Counted from the first letter of the stretch, positions 44,683 to 56,299 are shown. The stretch: DNA of 64,000 bases from Gemmatimonadaceae bacterium (GCA_030835125.1 JAUQWM010000050.1:7341-71340), one strand, 5' to 3'. The notes: generated from the sequence alone by a model not told the origin. Made by a program: numbers and translations.

Positions 44683-44730
44683 TGGGATATCGAGAGTTCC
44701 AGCGCCTGGGATATCGAGAGTTCCAGCGCC
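44683..44730. repeat. Perfect tandem duplication of a 24-nt unit (TGGGATATCGAGAGTTCCAGCGCC x2)
   Basis: Read directly: 44683-44706 equals 44707-44730. It lies between the cysS stop (44773) and the candidate tRNA promoter, 6-53 nt upstream of the -35 box. Confidence 0.85.
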
Positions 44731-44772
44731 ACGGGTGAACGCCATCACCCGCTCCCCCTCTCCCGTCTCGCC

Positions 44773-46242
44773 TTACTGATACCGCTCCAGAACCGTCCCG
44801 CCAGGCGTGTCCTTGACCGCGAACCCGGCCTCTTCAACCTCCTTCCGGATCGAGTCGGAAACCCCGAACTCGCGTCGCTGCCTGGCCGCGATCCGGTCCC
44901 GGAGCCGGCCAACCGCCCACTCAACCTGACGCCGCTCCACTTCGCTAAGACCCTGCTCGGCAACGGGTTCAGGCGAGACTCCATCGCCAGTCACGACGAA
45001 CCTCAAAGCCCGCGGCTCCAGGTCGAGTACCGCCATCATCAGCTGGAACGTCGCCCTCGCCCTCTCCAGTGAGCCCACGTCCTGGCCTTTCCTGTTGAGC
45101 TCGGCATTCGCCTGGCCGATGAACGTGAACAAAGCCGCCACCGCCTCGGGGGCGTTCAAGTCCGCGTCCAGCGCCGTCCGGAACTCCAACTCGGCAGTCT
45201 CGGCCACTGCCGCCAGTTCGCGCGTCCCTCCCCTCGCCTCAGCCAGCCGGTGGGCGAACTCCCCGATCCGCGCCACGGCCTCGATCGACGCCTCCAGGGC
45301 CGCCCCCGACAGGTTGATCTGCTTCCGGTAGTGCGTCGAAAACACGAAGTGCCTCAACGCCGAGGCCGAGATTCCCTTCTCCCGCAGGTCTGACACGGTC
45401 GAGACGTTCCCGATCCGCTTGGACATCTTGGTCCCGTCCACCTGCAGGAACTCGCCATGGCACCAGAACCGCGCGAACGGCTTTCCGGTCGCCGCCTCGG
45501 ACTGGGCGATCTCGTCCTCATGGTGCGGGAACACCAAGTCGATGCCGCCGCAGTGCAGGTCGAGCGTCTCGCCCAGGTACTTCATGGCCATCGCCGAGCA
45601 CTCGAGGTGCCATCCCGGGCGCCCGCGGCCGAATGGGGCGTCCCACGCGGCACCGGTGGACTCGTCCTCGGGCTTCGCCGCCTTCCATAAAGCAAAGTCC
45701 TGCGCGTTCTCCTTCGTGTAGTCGTCCTGGGCCACCCGGGCACCCGCCTTGATCTCACGCGTGTCCAGTCGCGACAGCCGGCCATACCCCTCGAAGCGAT
45801 CGATGGCGAAGTAAACCGAGCCGTCGTCCGCCTTGTACGCGATCCCGCGCTCGAGCAACCGCTCGACCAGGGCGATCATCTCGGCGATGTGCCCGGTCGC
45901 CGTCGGGTACACCTCGGCGTCCTCGATCCGCAGGTATCGCCGGTCGGCATGGAAGATCTCGACCACCGGCTCGGTCACCTGGGTAATGGTCTTCCCCTGC
46001 TCGTGCGCCCGCTTGATGATCTTGTCGTCGACGTCCGTCAGGTTCATCACCTGGAGCACGTTCCATCCGTGCAGCCGCAGCACCCGCCGCAGCAGGTCCT
46101 CGAACAGGAAGGTGCGGAAGTTGCCGATGTGCGCCGGGTTGTAGACCGTCGGTCCGCACGCGTACATGCGCACGGTCTTGCCGTCCGCCGGCGCGAATGT
46201 CTCGATGCTGCGACTGAGCGTGTTGTAGAGACGGAGGGTCAT
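44773..46242 (-). CDS. cysS: Cysteine--tRNA ligase
   Basis: MTLRLYNTLSRSIETFAPADGKTVRMYACGPTVYNPAHIGNFRTFLFEDLL (HIGN motif) and KMSKRIGN (KMSKS motif). Confidence 0.95.
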   Translation of the reverse strand: MTLRLYNTLSRSIETFAPADGKTVRMYACGPTVYNPAHIGNFRTFLFEDLLRRVLRLHGWNVLQVMNLTDVDDKIIKRAHEQGKTITQVTEPVVEIFHADRRYLRIEDAEVYPTATGHIAEMIALVERLLERGIAYKADDGSVYFAIDRFEGYGRLSRLDTREIKAGARVAQDDYTKENAQDFALWKAAKPEDESTGAAWDAPFGRGRPGWHLECSAMAMKYLGETLDLHCGGIDLVFPHHEDEIAQSEAATGKPFARFWCHGEFLQVDGTKMSKRIGNVSTVSDLREKGISASALRHFVFSTHYRKQINLSGAALEASIEAVARIGEFAHRLAEARGGTRELAAVAETAELEFRTALDADLNAPEAVAALFTFIGQANAELNRKGQDVGSLERARATFQLMMAVLDLEPRALRFVVTGDGVSPEPVAEQGLSEVERRQVEWAVGRLRDRIAARQRREFGVSDSIRKEVEEAGFAVKDTPGGTVLERYQ

Positions 46243-46333
46243 GCGGGGTCTGGCTGGGGCGCTCGCGAAAAATAAGCGACGGGGCCCTCCGTGCGCCGGG
46301 CTGCTCCTCTGGCCTCTGACCTCTGGCCTGGTC

Positions 46334-47515
46334 CTATGCCCTTCGCATCACGTCCCGCAGCACGTCGATCGACTGCCCACCGATCACGGCCGCGTCGGGC
46401 GCGGGCACCCGTAGTACCAGCACTTTGTCCCCGGCGTGCCGCCGCAGCCCCTGCCCTTCATAGAGTCGGTGGATGACGACGCGCCGGATCAGCACCATCA
46501 CCACCGCGGCCATCGGCACCGCGACCACCACCCCGAACACGCCGAACAGCTTGGCGACGATCAGCACCGACATCATGCTCATCACCGGCGGGATCTCCAC
46601 CCGCCTGGCGGTAATCAGCGGCAGGACGACGTTCCCCTCGATGATGTGCACGATCACGCCGAGCGCGATCACCAGCAGGAAGTGGCCTCCCGGGCCGATG
46701 CCCGCGAAGCCGTCGCCGCCCAGCACGAACAGCGCCGGGATCAGCGTGCCGACGAGCGTGCCGAAGAACGGCACCACCACCACCGCGCCGACGAACAGCC
46801 CGAACGTGAGCCAGTACGGGACGCGCAGGATGTAGAGTCCCAGCGCCGTCAGGGCCGCCAGTACCGTCATCGCGAGCAACTGGGCCACGATCCATGCCTT
46901 GAGCGTCGTGGCGAGGTCGCGCATGACGTCGCGGACGGTGTCGCGGTGCACCGGCGGGAACAGGGCGATCAGCCACTCGCGGTAGAGCCCGGGATAGAGG
47001 GCCATGTAGATCCCCATCACGAGGATGGAGACGATGTTCACGACCTGGTGCCCGATGTTGATCGCCGTCGGCACCGCCTTCGAGGCAACGCCCTGGATCT
47101 GCGCGACGATCGCGTTCACCATCTCGGCTTGCGGGTCGGCCGTGCCGCCAAGGCTCGGGAACCGCCGCGTCAGGCGCTGCAGCCACTCCTGCCAGGCGCG
47201 CACGTAGTCGGGCAGCACGGCGAAGAGCTGCTGCGTCTGTTCGACCACCGGCGGGACGAGCAGCGCACCCAGGCCGTAGATCGCGCCCAGGGTCAGGAAG
47301 AGGCCCGCCGTGAACGCCAACGCGCGCGGCACCGGCAGCCGCGCCACCAGGAAGTCGGTGACCGAACTGAGGTACAGCGAGACCAGGACCGCGATGAACA
47401 GCAGGAGCAGAACGTCAGCGACCGTCCAGAACAGCCAGATCAGGAGGACGGTCGTGACGGTGGCCCCGAGGATGGGGCCGAAGCGGAAGCGTGAGTCAGC
47501 CGCCGCGGTGGTCAA
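46334..47515 (-). CDS. AI-2E family (PerM/UPF0118) transporter
   Basis: A 393-aa polytopic membrane protein with the typical AI-2E layout and motifs (LLLLFIAVLVSLYL..., VPFFGTLVGTLIPALF, EGNVVLPLI). Confidence 0.85.
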   Translation of the reverse strand: MTTAAADSRFRFGPILGATVTTVLLIWLFWTVADVLLLLFIAVLVSLYLSSVTDFLVARLPVPRALAFTAGLFLTLGAIYGLGALLVPPVVEQTQQLFAVLPDYVRAWQEWLQRLTRRFPSLGGTADPQAEMVNAIVAQIQGVASKAVPTAINIGHQVVNIVSILVMGIYMALYPGLYREWLIALFPPVHRDTVRDVMRDLATTLKAWIVAQLLAMTVLAALTALGLYILRVPYWLTFGLFVGAVVVVPFFGTLVGTLIPALFVLGGDGFAGIGPGGHFLLVIALGVIVHIIEGNVVLPLITARRVEIPPVMSMMSVLIVAKLFGVFGVVVAVPMAAVVMVLIRRVVIHRLYEGQGLRRHAGDKVLVLRVPAPDAAVIGGQSIDVLRDVMRRA

Positions 47516-48300
47516 CCGTGGCGCTTCTCGTCCTGCACTTCCTCCACCTCGGCGTGGATGTCCTCGGCGGCCTGGGCCCCGGCGCCGAGCTTCCGCGGCT
47601 CGGGGGCGCTGCCGGCGGGGAGCATCCCCATCTTCTGCTTGAGCGCAAGCAACTGCGCGTCGGCGCTGGCGGACCCGTGCGCCTTCTCCAGCGCCTTGAA
47701 GTCACGCTGCAGCCGGTCGCCGGAGAATTCCTCGTCGATCTCCGTGCTGGCTTTGATCATGCGCTCGTTGGTGGCGATCTTCTCCTCCATCCGGGCGAAG
47801 GCCTCGAAGGCCGACTTCTCGGACATGGAGGACATCGTCTCGGCGATGCGCTTCTGCGCCTGGGCGCGACGCTGCCGGGCGAGGAGGAGGTTCTTCTTCC
47901 GCTTCGCTTCCTCGATCTTGTCGTTGAGGTCGCGGAGCGACGCCTTGAGCTTCTCGGTCTCGGCCTGGTGGGTCTGCCAGGTGAGCTCGAGCTGCTGGGC
48001 GTGGGTGAGGTGCTCGCCGTGCCTGACGAGGGCCGCCTTGGCCAGCTCGTCGTGGTTCTGGCGGACGGCCAGCTCGGCCTTGGCCATCCACTCCGTGGCC
48101 TGCTTCGCCTCCTCGTCGGCCTGGTCGCGGAGGCGCTTCTCGTCGGCGATGGCGGCGGCCACCTGCTGCTTGGCCTTCACCAGCTGGTCCCGCATGTCGA
48201 CGATGATCTGGTTGAGCATCTTCTCCGGGTTTTCCGCGGAGGAGATCAGGTCGTTGATGTTCGACTTGATCAGGGTGCTCAGGCGGTCGAAGAGTCCCAT
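47512..48300 (-). CDS. pspA: PspA/IM30 family protein
   Basis: MGLFDRLSTLIKSNINDLISSAENPEKMLNQIIVDMRDQLVKAKQQVAAAIADEKRL is a canonical PspA/IM30 N-terminus. The protein is coiled-coil throughout. Its stop overlaps the downstream transporter start by 4 nt. Confidence 0.85.
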   Translation of the reverse strand: MGLFDRLSTLIKSNINDLISSAENPEKMLNQIIVDMRDQLVKAKQQVAAAIADEKRLRDQADEEAKQATEWMAKAELAVRQNHDELAKAALVRHGEHLTHAQQLELTWQTHQAETEKLKASLRDLNDKIEEAKRKKNLLLARQRRAQAQKRIAETMSSMSEKSAFEAFARMEEKIATNERMIKASTEIDEEFSGDRLQRDFKALEKAHGSASADAQLLALKQKMGMLPAGSAPEPRKLGAGAQAAEDIHAEVEEVQDEKRHG

Positions 48301-48302
48301 AC

Positions 48303-48707
48303 CTAACGATCCTCGCTGAACGCGGAGAGCTCGCGGAGGTGCGTCGCGAGCGCCAGCGTCATGCTTTCATAGCTGGACTGGAATTCCTCGTAGTCGAGGT
48401 GCTCGAGCTCGAGCGCCTCGGTGAGGACGATGGACCCGTTGGAGATGCCGTAGGAGCCGTGCACGAGGTCGGTGGCGTTCAACTCGAGCAGCCGGCGATA
48501 GAGGTCGGCCCCCTGGCCGTTGGCCGACGGGAGTTCCATGACCTTGACCCGCAGGACGACGACCGGCGGGTTGTGGTGGACGATGAAGTCGAGGTCGAGC
48601 GCCCCGCCCGGGCGGACCGCCCACAGGCCGGGCTCGATCTCGCGGTAGGTCGCCCCTTCGGACGCCAGCCGGTCGAGGAAGGCCTCGATGTCTTCGCGCG
48701 TGACCAT
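48303..48707 (-). CDS. YbjN-like (putative sensory transduction regulator / T3SS-chaperone-like fold) protein
   Basis: Internal ATG giving MVTREDIEAFLDRLASEGATYREIEPGLWAVRPGG...VVVLRVKVMELP....LYRRLLELNATDLVHGSYGI. The pattern resembles the YbjN family. It ends 2 nt before the pspA start. Confidence 0.6.
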   Translation of the reverse strand: MVTREDIEAFLDRLASEGATYREIEPGLWAVRPGGALDLDFIVHHNPPVVVLRVKVMELPSANGQGADLYRRLLELNATDLVHGSYGISNGSIVLTEALELEHLDYEEFQSSYESMTLALATHLRELSAFSEDR

Positions 48708-48886
48708 CAGCAATCCTGTGATCGGGGTTCCCCGGGACGTACGTCGGCTGACGGCGCCCTGTTTCGCGAGCGGCCGCGCCGGGGTCAGTGAGGCGGAAGA
48801 TAAGGCGTCACCGCGGGTTCGCGAGGGTGCCTCCGGCGTGGACCGGCGCCAACCCGCGCCGCCAGACCGAAGGGCGCCTCCGTGCG

Positions 48887-51784
<2,898 letters not shown>

Positions 51785-51828
51785 AGACCTGAAAGCTCTC
51801 AGGACGCGGTGCCGGCTTCAAGTCAGCA

Positions 51829-51883
51829 CCAATGGGGTCTGACCCCATTGGTCCCCCGGCCCCAATGGGGTCAGACCCCATTG
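51829..51883. repeat. Two adjacent copies of a 22-23 nt palindromic element (CCAATGGGGTC-N-GACCCCATTGG)
   Basis: Copy 1 is at 51829-51851 (ccaatggggtctgaccccattgg). Copy 2 is at 51862-51883 (ccaatggggtcagaccccattg). They lie in the divergent uvrA/cutA intergenic region. A third copy is at 57698-57720. Confidence 0.85.
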
Positions 51884-51959
51884 ACGGTCACGGCAGGGGC
51901 TGGCTGGTCGTCCTTCGGAGGGTCGCGGGTCGCCGAGTCACGAGTCACGAGTCCCGATC

Positions 51960-52292
51960 ATGCACACTGACGTCGTCGTCATCCTCACTACCGTGGCGAG
52001 CCCGGACGAAGGCGCGACGCTCATTCGCGCGCTGCTCGACCGGCGCCTGGTCGCGTGCGGCACCATGCTGCCGGGGGCCCGATCGCTGTATCGCTGGGAG
52101 GGCCGGATCGCCGACGAGTCGGAGACCGTGCTGCTCCTCAAGACCCGGTCCGGCGTCCTGCACGCGTTCGAGGCGGCATTCGCCGAACTGCATCCCTACA
52201 AGGTGCCCGAACTGCTGGTCCTCACGCCGACGTCCGGCCTCGAGAAGTACGTCGCGTGGATCAACGACGAAACGTCGATCAAGCTGCAATGA
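51960..52292 (+). CDS. cutA: Divalent-cation tolerance protein CutA
   Basis: A 110-aa protein. VVVILTTVASPDEGATLIRALLDRRLVACGTMLPGARSLYRWEGRIADESETVLLLKT....L......ELHPYKVPELLVL is the CutA1 signature. Confidence 0.85.
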   Translation: MHTDVVVILTTVASPDEGATLIRALLDRRLVACGTMLPGARSLYRWEGRIADESETVLLLKTRSGVLHAFEAAFAELHPYKVPELLVLTPTSGLEKYVAWINDETSIKLQ

Positions 52293-53845
52293 AGCGTCGG
52301 GGGGTGGTGGCGGCATCCGTGCTCGTGGCGTGGGGAGCTGGCCTTGGCCTGCTCCTGGCGCGTGAACTGAATCCGTCGTCCGGACGGAAGCTCGCCGAAG
52401 CCGCGCTCCGGGTCGTGCCCCAGGCGACGTACTACCTGGTCGAGCGTGACGGCCGCCACATCGGCTTTGCCTCGATCGCGATCGACACGGTTCCGCGCGC
52501 GCTGCAGGTCACGGAGTACCTGGTGACCGACAGCGCGGGTACGCGCCTGACCGACCAGCAGGTGGTTCGCCTCTCGCGTGGGCTGGCGCTGCGGGACTTC
52601 GAGTCCACCCGCACGGTCGGGAGCGACACGGCGCGGGTCACCGGGCACGTCGCCGACTCCTCGCTCGTGGTCACGCGAGGGGCCGCCGTCGAGACCGCTG
52701 CCCTGCCGGGCCCCACCTTCGCCGGCGCGATCGCGTCGACGGTCGCCGTGCTGCTCGACGATCCGCGGGTTGGCGCCACGACCACCATGCACACCGTCGA
52801 CCCGCCGACCGGCCGGTTGGGCCTCTCCATCCTCCGGATCGATGCGGAGTCGCTGTTCGTGGTGGTGGACAGCGCCGTGGCCGACTCGTCAGGCAGGTGG
52901 TTCGCGGTGCACCGGGACACGGTGCGCGCCTGGCGACTGCGGGGCGATACCCCCGCACCGCTCGACGCCTGGGTCGATGCCCAGGGACTCGTCGTCGAGG
53001 CGACGCGACCCGATGGACTGGTGCTGCGGCGCACGGCGTTCGAGCTGGCCTTCGAGAACTGGCGGATGTCGAGCCCCATCGCGGGCGCCTCGGCACGCGC
53101 CCGCGACGGCATCGTCACCGACACCTGGCTGGCCAGTGGTGCGCCGCGTCCTGACTCGGAACTCGATTCGCTCCTGGTAAAGCTCGGCGGCACCATACCG
53201 GGCGAGTTTGCCGCGCGATTCGGACGGCAATGGCGACCCGGCAATACCATCGTGTTCACCCGGACGGCGCCCGAACGGCTGCGCGCGCGTTACACGCTGC
53301 CAACCAGCGAGCGCTGGCAGAAGAGCTTCACGCGGAACCTCGCGCCCGCACCGGGGATCGAGGCCGACGACCCGGCCATCGCGCGACGGGCGGCACGACT
53401 GGCGGCCGGGGACACCGATCCCTCGGTTGTGATCGCGCGCATCGTGGCCTGGATCGGCGACTCCCTGCGCGCCGACGCATCGGCATCGCCCTTCACGGCG
53501 TCCACGGCGATGACGCGCCGCGCCGGCGATGCGCGCGAATTCGCCCTGCTGCTCGCCGCGATGGCGCGCGCCGCCGGGATTCCCGCGTACCCCGTCGCCG
53601 GCCTGCTGCAGCTTGGCGGCCGGTTCTACCTGCATGCCTGGACGCGCGTCTACCTCGGCCGGTGGGTGCCCATCGACGCGATGCTCGGCCAGGTGCCGGC
53701 TGACGCGAGTCACCTCGAGTTCCTTGCGGGCGACGCGGACCTCGGCCCCGACCTGGCGCGCCTCCTCAGCCGGCTGCCGCTGTCGTTGGTGCGGAGCACG
53801 CCCGTGATCTCCACCGATCCCCGTCCCATATCACCGGCCCCATGA
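52289..53845 (+). CDS. Membrane-anchored transglutaminase-like domain protein (catalytic Cys position is Ala)
   Basis: ATG 52289 overlaps the cutA stop (ATGA). N-terminal TM VVAASVLVAWGAGLGLLLA. The C-terminal core RRAGDAREFALLLAAMARAAGIPAYPVAG...LHAWTRVYLGRWVPIDA aligns to the transglutaminase-like G-x-C-x-x-F-A...H-A-W...D pattern with Ala in place of Cys. Confidence 0.65.
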   Translation: MKRRGVVAASVLVAWGAGLGLLLARELNPSSGRKLAEAALRVVPQATYYLVERDGRHIGFASIAIDTVPRALQVTEYLVTDSAGTRLTDQQVVRLSRGLALRDFESTRTVGSDTARVTGHVADSSLVVTRGAAVETAALPGPTFAGAIASTVAVLLDDPRVGATTTMHTVDPPTGRLGLSILRIDAESLFVVVDSAVADSSGRWFAVHRDTVRAWRLRGDTPAPLDAWVDAQGLVVEATRPDGLVLRRTAFELAFENWRMSSPIAGASARARDGIVTDTWLASGAPRPDSELDSLLVKLGGTIPGEFAARFGRQWRPGNTIVFTRTAPERLRARYTLPTSERWQKSFTRNLAPAPGIEADDPAIARRAARLAAGDTDPSVVIARIVAWIGDSLRADASASPFTASTAMTRRAGDAREFALLLAAMARAAGIPAYPVAGLLQLGGRFYLHAWTRVYLGRWVPIDAMLGQVPADASHLEFLAGDADLGPDLARLLSRLPLSLVRSTPVISTDPRPISPAP

Positions 53846-54600
53846 TCAGCCTCGAACGGCTCACCAAGAAGTACGGCGACTTCACCGCGGTCGACGCCAT
53901 CGACCTCGAGGTTCCCCCGGGGCAGCTGTTCGGGTTCCTGGGGCCCAACGGGGCGGGCAAGACCACGACGTTGCGGATGATCGCCGGCATCCTTCGCCCG
54001 ACCGACGGGCGGATCCGGATCGGCGGCATCGACGTGGTGCGCCAGCCTAACGAGGCCAAGGCCCGCCTCGGATTCATCCCGGACCGTCCCTTCATCTACG
54101 AGAAGCTGACGGGGATGGAGTTCCTGCGGTTCGTCGCGGGCCTGTACGGACAGCAGGGCGCGCAGGTCGAGCACCGCGGGCGCGAGCTGTTGGCATTGTT
54201 CGACCTCGAGGACTGGCGCGACGAGCTGGTCGAGTCGTACAGCCACGGCATGCGGCAGAAGCTCATCATCTCGGGCGCATTCGTGCACCGGCCGGCGGTG
54301 ATCGTGGTGGACGAGCCGATGGTGGGCCTCGACCCCAAGGCGGCCAGGACGCTGAAGGACCTGTTCCGCGAGTACGTGCGACGCGGGCACACCATCATGA
54401 TGTCCACCCACACGCTGGAAGTGGCGCAGCACCTGTGCGACCGGATCGCGATCATCCGGCGCGGCCGGATCGTCGCCGCCGGCACCATGGACGAGCTGCG
54501 CCGGCACGCCGAGCACGGCGCCGAGGGACTGGAGGACATCTTCCTCCGCCTGACCGGCGAGATCGCCGCGCGCGACCTGGTCGAGGTCCTGGATGCCTGA
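53842..54600 (+). CDS. ABC transporter ATP-binding protein
   Basis: Walker A GPNGAGKTT, signature YSHGMRQKL, Walker B VIVVDEP. The start overlaps the upstream stop by 4 nt. Confidence 0.9.
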   Translation: MISLERLTKKYGDFTAVDAIDLEVPPGQLFGFLGPNGAGKTTTLRMIAGILRPTDGRIRIGGIDVVRQPNEAKARLGFIPDRPFIYEKLTGMEFLRFVAGLYGQQGAQVEHRGRELLALFDLEDWRDELVESYSHGMRQKLIISGAFVHRPAVIVVDEPMVGLDPKAARTLKDLFREYVRRGHTIMMSTHTLEVAQHLCDRIAIIRRGRIVAAGTMDELRRHAEHGAEGLEDIFLRLTGEIAARDLVEVLDA

Positions 54601-56293
54601 CGAGACCGGGGCAAGGCCCTGGCCGTTCCTGGCCGTGCTCCGTCCCAAGTGGCTCACGGCGCGCGCGCGGACGGTCCATGGCGAGAAGGGCCGCGCCGTC
54701 CGCTGGACCGTCCTCGGCATCGTCGGCCTCGCCTTCTGGGCGGTCGCCTTCGGCCTCCTCCACCGCGTGCTGCGGTACTTCGCCGGGGTGGACGAGATCG
54801 GGGCGCTGCTCGCGGGCCGGCTCCTCGGCATCCTCGTCCTCTCGTTCCTGTCCATCCTCCTGCTCTCCAACATCATCGCGGCGCTGTCCAGCTTCTTCCT
54901 CGCGAAGGACCTCGACCTCCTGGTGTCCTCGCCGGTGGACTGGCTGACGCTCTACACCAGCCGGCTCGCCGAGACGGCGCTGCATTCCAGCTGGATGGTC
55001 GTGCTGCTGGCGCTGCCGATGCTCACGGCGTACGGACTGGCGTTCAGCGGCGGACCGGGCTTCGTCCTCGCCGCGCTGGCGGGGTTCCTCCCGTTCCTGG
55101 TGATCCCGGCGGCGTTAGGCAGCGCCCTCACGCTCACGCTCGTCAACGTCTTCCCGGCCCGGCGGACGCGCGACATCCTGTCGGTGATCGGCGTGCTGGC
55201 CGCCGCGGGCCTCGTGGTGCTGTTCCGGCTCATCCGCCCCGAGCAACTGGCGCGGCCCGAGGGCTTCCGCTCCCTGGTCGAGTTCATCACCATCCTCCGC
55301 GGGTCGTCGTCGCCGTTCCTCCCCAGCGACTGGCTGCAGCAGGTGCTGATGGGCTCCCTCACCGGCCGCTTCGACCCGCTGCCGCTGTACCTGCTCTGGT
55401 CCACCGCGGCCGCGCTGGTGGTGCTCGGCGCCCTGCTCCACCGCGCGTTCTACCCGATCGGGTTCACCAAGGCCCAGGAAGGCGCGCAGCGCTTCGCGCG
55501 CGAGGGCACCGGCACCCGGTTCCTGCGGCGCGTCCTCGCCCCGCTCGGCGTTCTCCGCCGCGAGCTGGTCCTGAAGGAACTGCGCGTCTTCTTCCGCGAC
55601 TCGACGCAATGGTCCCAGCTCATCCTGCTGGCGGTGCTGGTCGCGGTCTACGTCGTGAACATCCGGTACCTGCCCCTCAGCGGCGACGGGATGACGTTCT
55701 TCATCGTCAACGTCATCCCGTTCCTCAACCTCGCCCTGTCCGGGTTCGTGCTGGCATCGATCGCGGCGCGCTTCCTCTTCCCGGCGGTGAGCCTCGAGGG
55801 GCGCACCTGGTGGCTGCTGCGCTCCAGCGCGATGTCGATGCGGGACCTGCTCTGGGCGAAGTTCTGGACGGGGACGTTGCCGCTCCTCGGGCTCGCGGTC
55901 GGCATCGTCGTCGTCACCGACGTGCTGCTGCAGGTCAGCCCGTTCATGTTCGCCGTCTCGGTGGGCACGATCACGCTGATGACGTTCGCCATCGCGGGAC
56001 TGGCGATCGGCTTCGGCACGCTGTATCCGCGGTTCGAGTCGGAGAACGCGGCCCAGATCCCGACCTCGTTCGGCGGGCTGCTCTTCATGATGACGGCCAT
56101 CGCGCTCATCGGCGTGGTGCTGGTCCTCGAGGCGCGCCCCGCCTATGAATGGCTCAGCGCGCGCTCGGCCGGGGAGGCGCCCGCCGCGTCGTCGCTCGTC
56201 GCCGGCCTCGCCGGTGCGGCGGCGGTGTGCCTGCTCGCGACGTTCCTGCCGCTCCGCCTCGCGCTCCGGCGCCTGGACGCCATCGAGCGTTAG
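54593..56293 (+). CDS. Putative ABC exporter permease (polytopic membrane protein)
   Basis: A 566-aa ORF overlapping the ATPase stop by 8 nt. It has at least 10 hydrophobic segments. It resembles the 'putative ABC exporter' permease family. Confidence 0.7.
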   Translation: MPDETGARPWPFLAVLRPKWLTARARTVHGEKGRAVRWTVLGIVGLAFWAVAFGLLHRVLRYFAGVDEIGALLAGRLLGILVLSFLSILLLSNIIAALSSFFLAKDLDLLVSSPVDWLTLYTSRLAETALHSSWMVVLLALPMLTAYGLAFSGGPGFVLAALAGFLPFLVIPAALGSALTLTLVNVFPARRTRDILSVIGVLAAAGLVVLFRLIRPEQLARPEGFRSLVEFITILRGSSSPFLPSDWLQQVLMGSLTGRFDPLPLYLLWSTAAALVVLGALLHRAFYPIGFTKAQEGAQRFAREGTGTRFLRRVLAPLGVLRRELVLKELRVFFRDSTQWSQLILLAVLVAVYVVNIRYLPLSGDGMTFFIVNVIPFLNLALSGFVLASIAARFLFPAVSLEGRTWWLLRSSAMSMRDLLWAKFWTGTLPLLGLAVGIVVVTDVLLQVSPFMFAVSVGTITLMTFAIAGLAIGFGTLYPRFESENAAQIPTSFGGLLFMMTAIALIGVVLVLEARPAYEWLSARSAGEAPAASSLVAGLAGAAAVCLLATFLPLRLALRRLDAIER

Positions 56294-56299
56294 GCGTCG

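Noticed and set aside
46436-47494. A 352-aa + strand ORF with striking His/Arg/Asp/Glu runs.
   Set aside because: It is the antisense frame of the hydrophobic AI-2E transporter gene (Val/Leu/Ile/Gly codons read backwards). It is not a real metal-binding protein.
53710-54876. A 388-aa minus-strand ORF.
   Set aside because: It is antisense to the ABC ATPase gene, which has clear Walker A/B and signature motifs.
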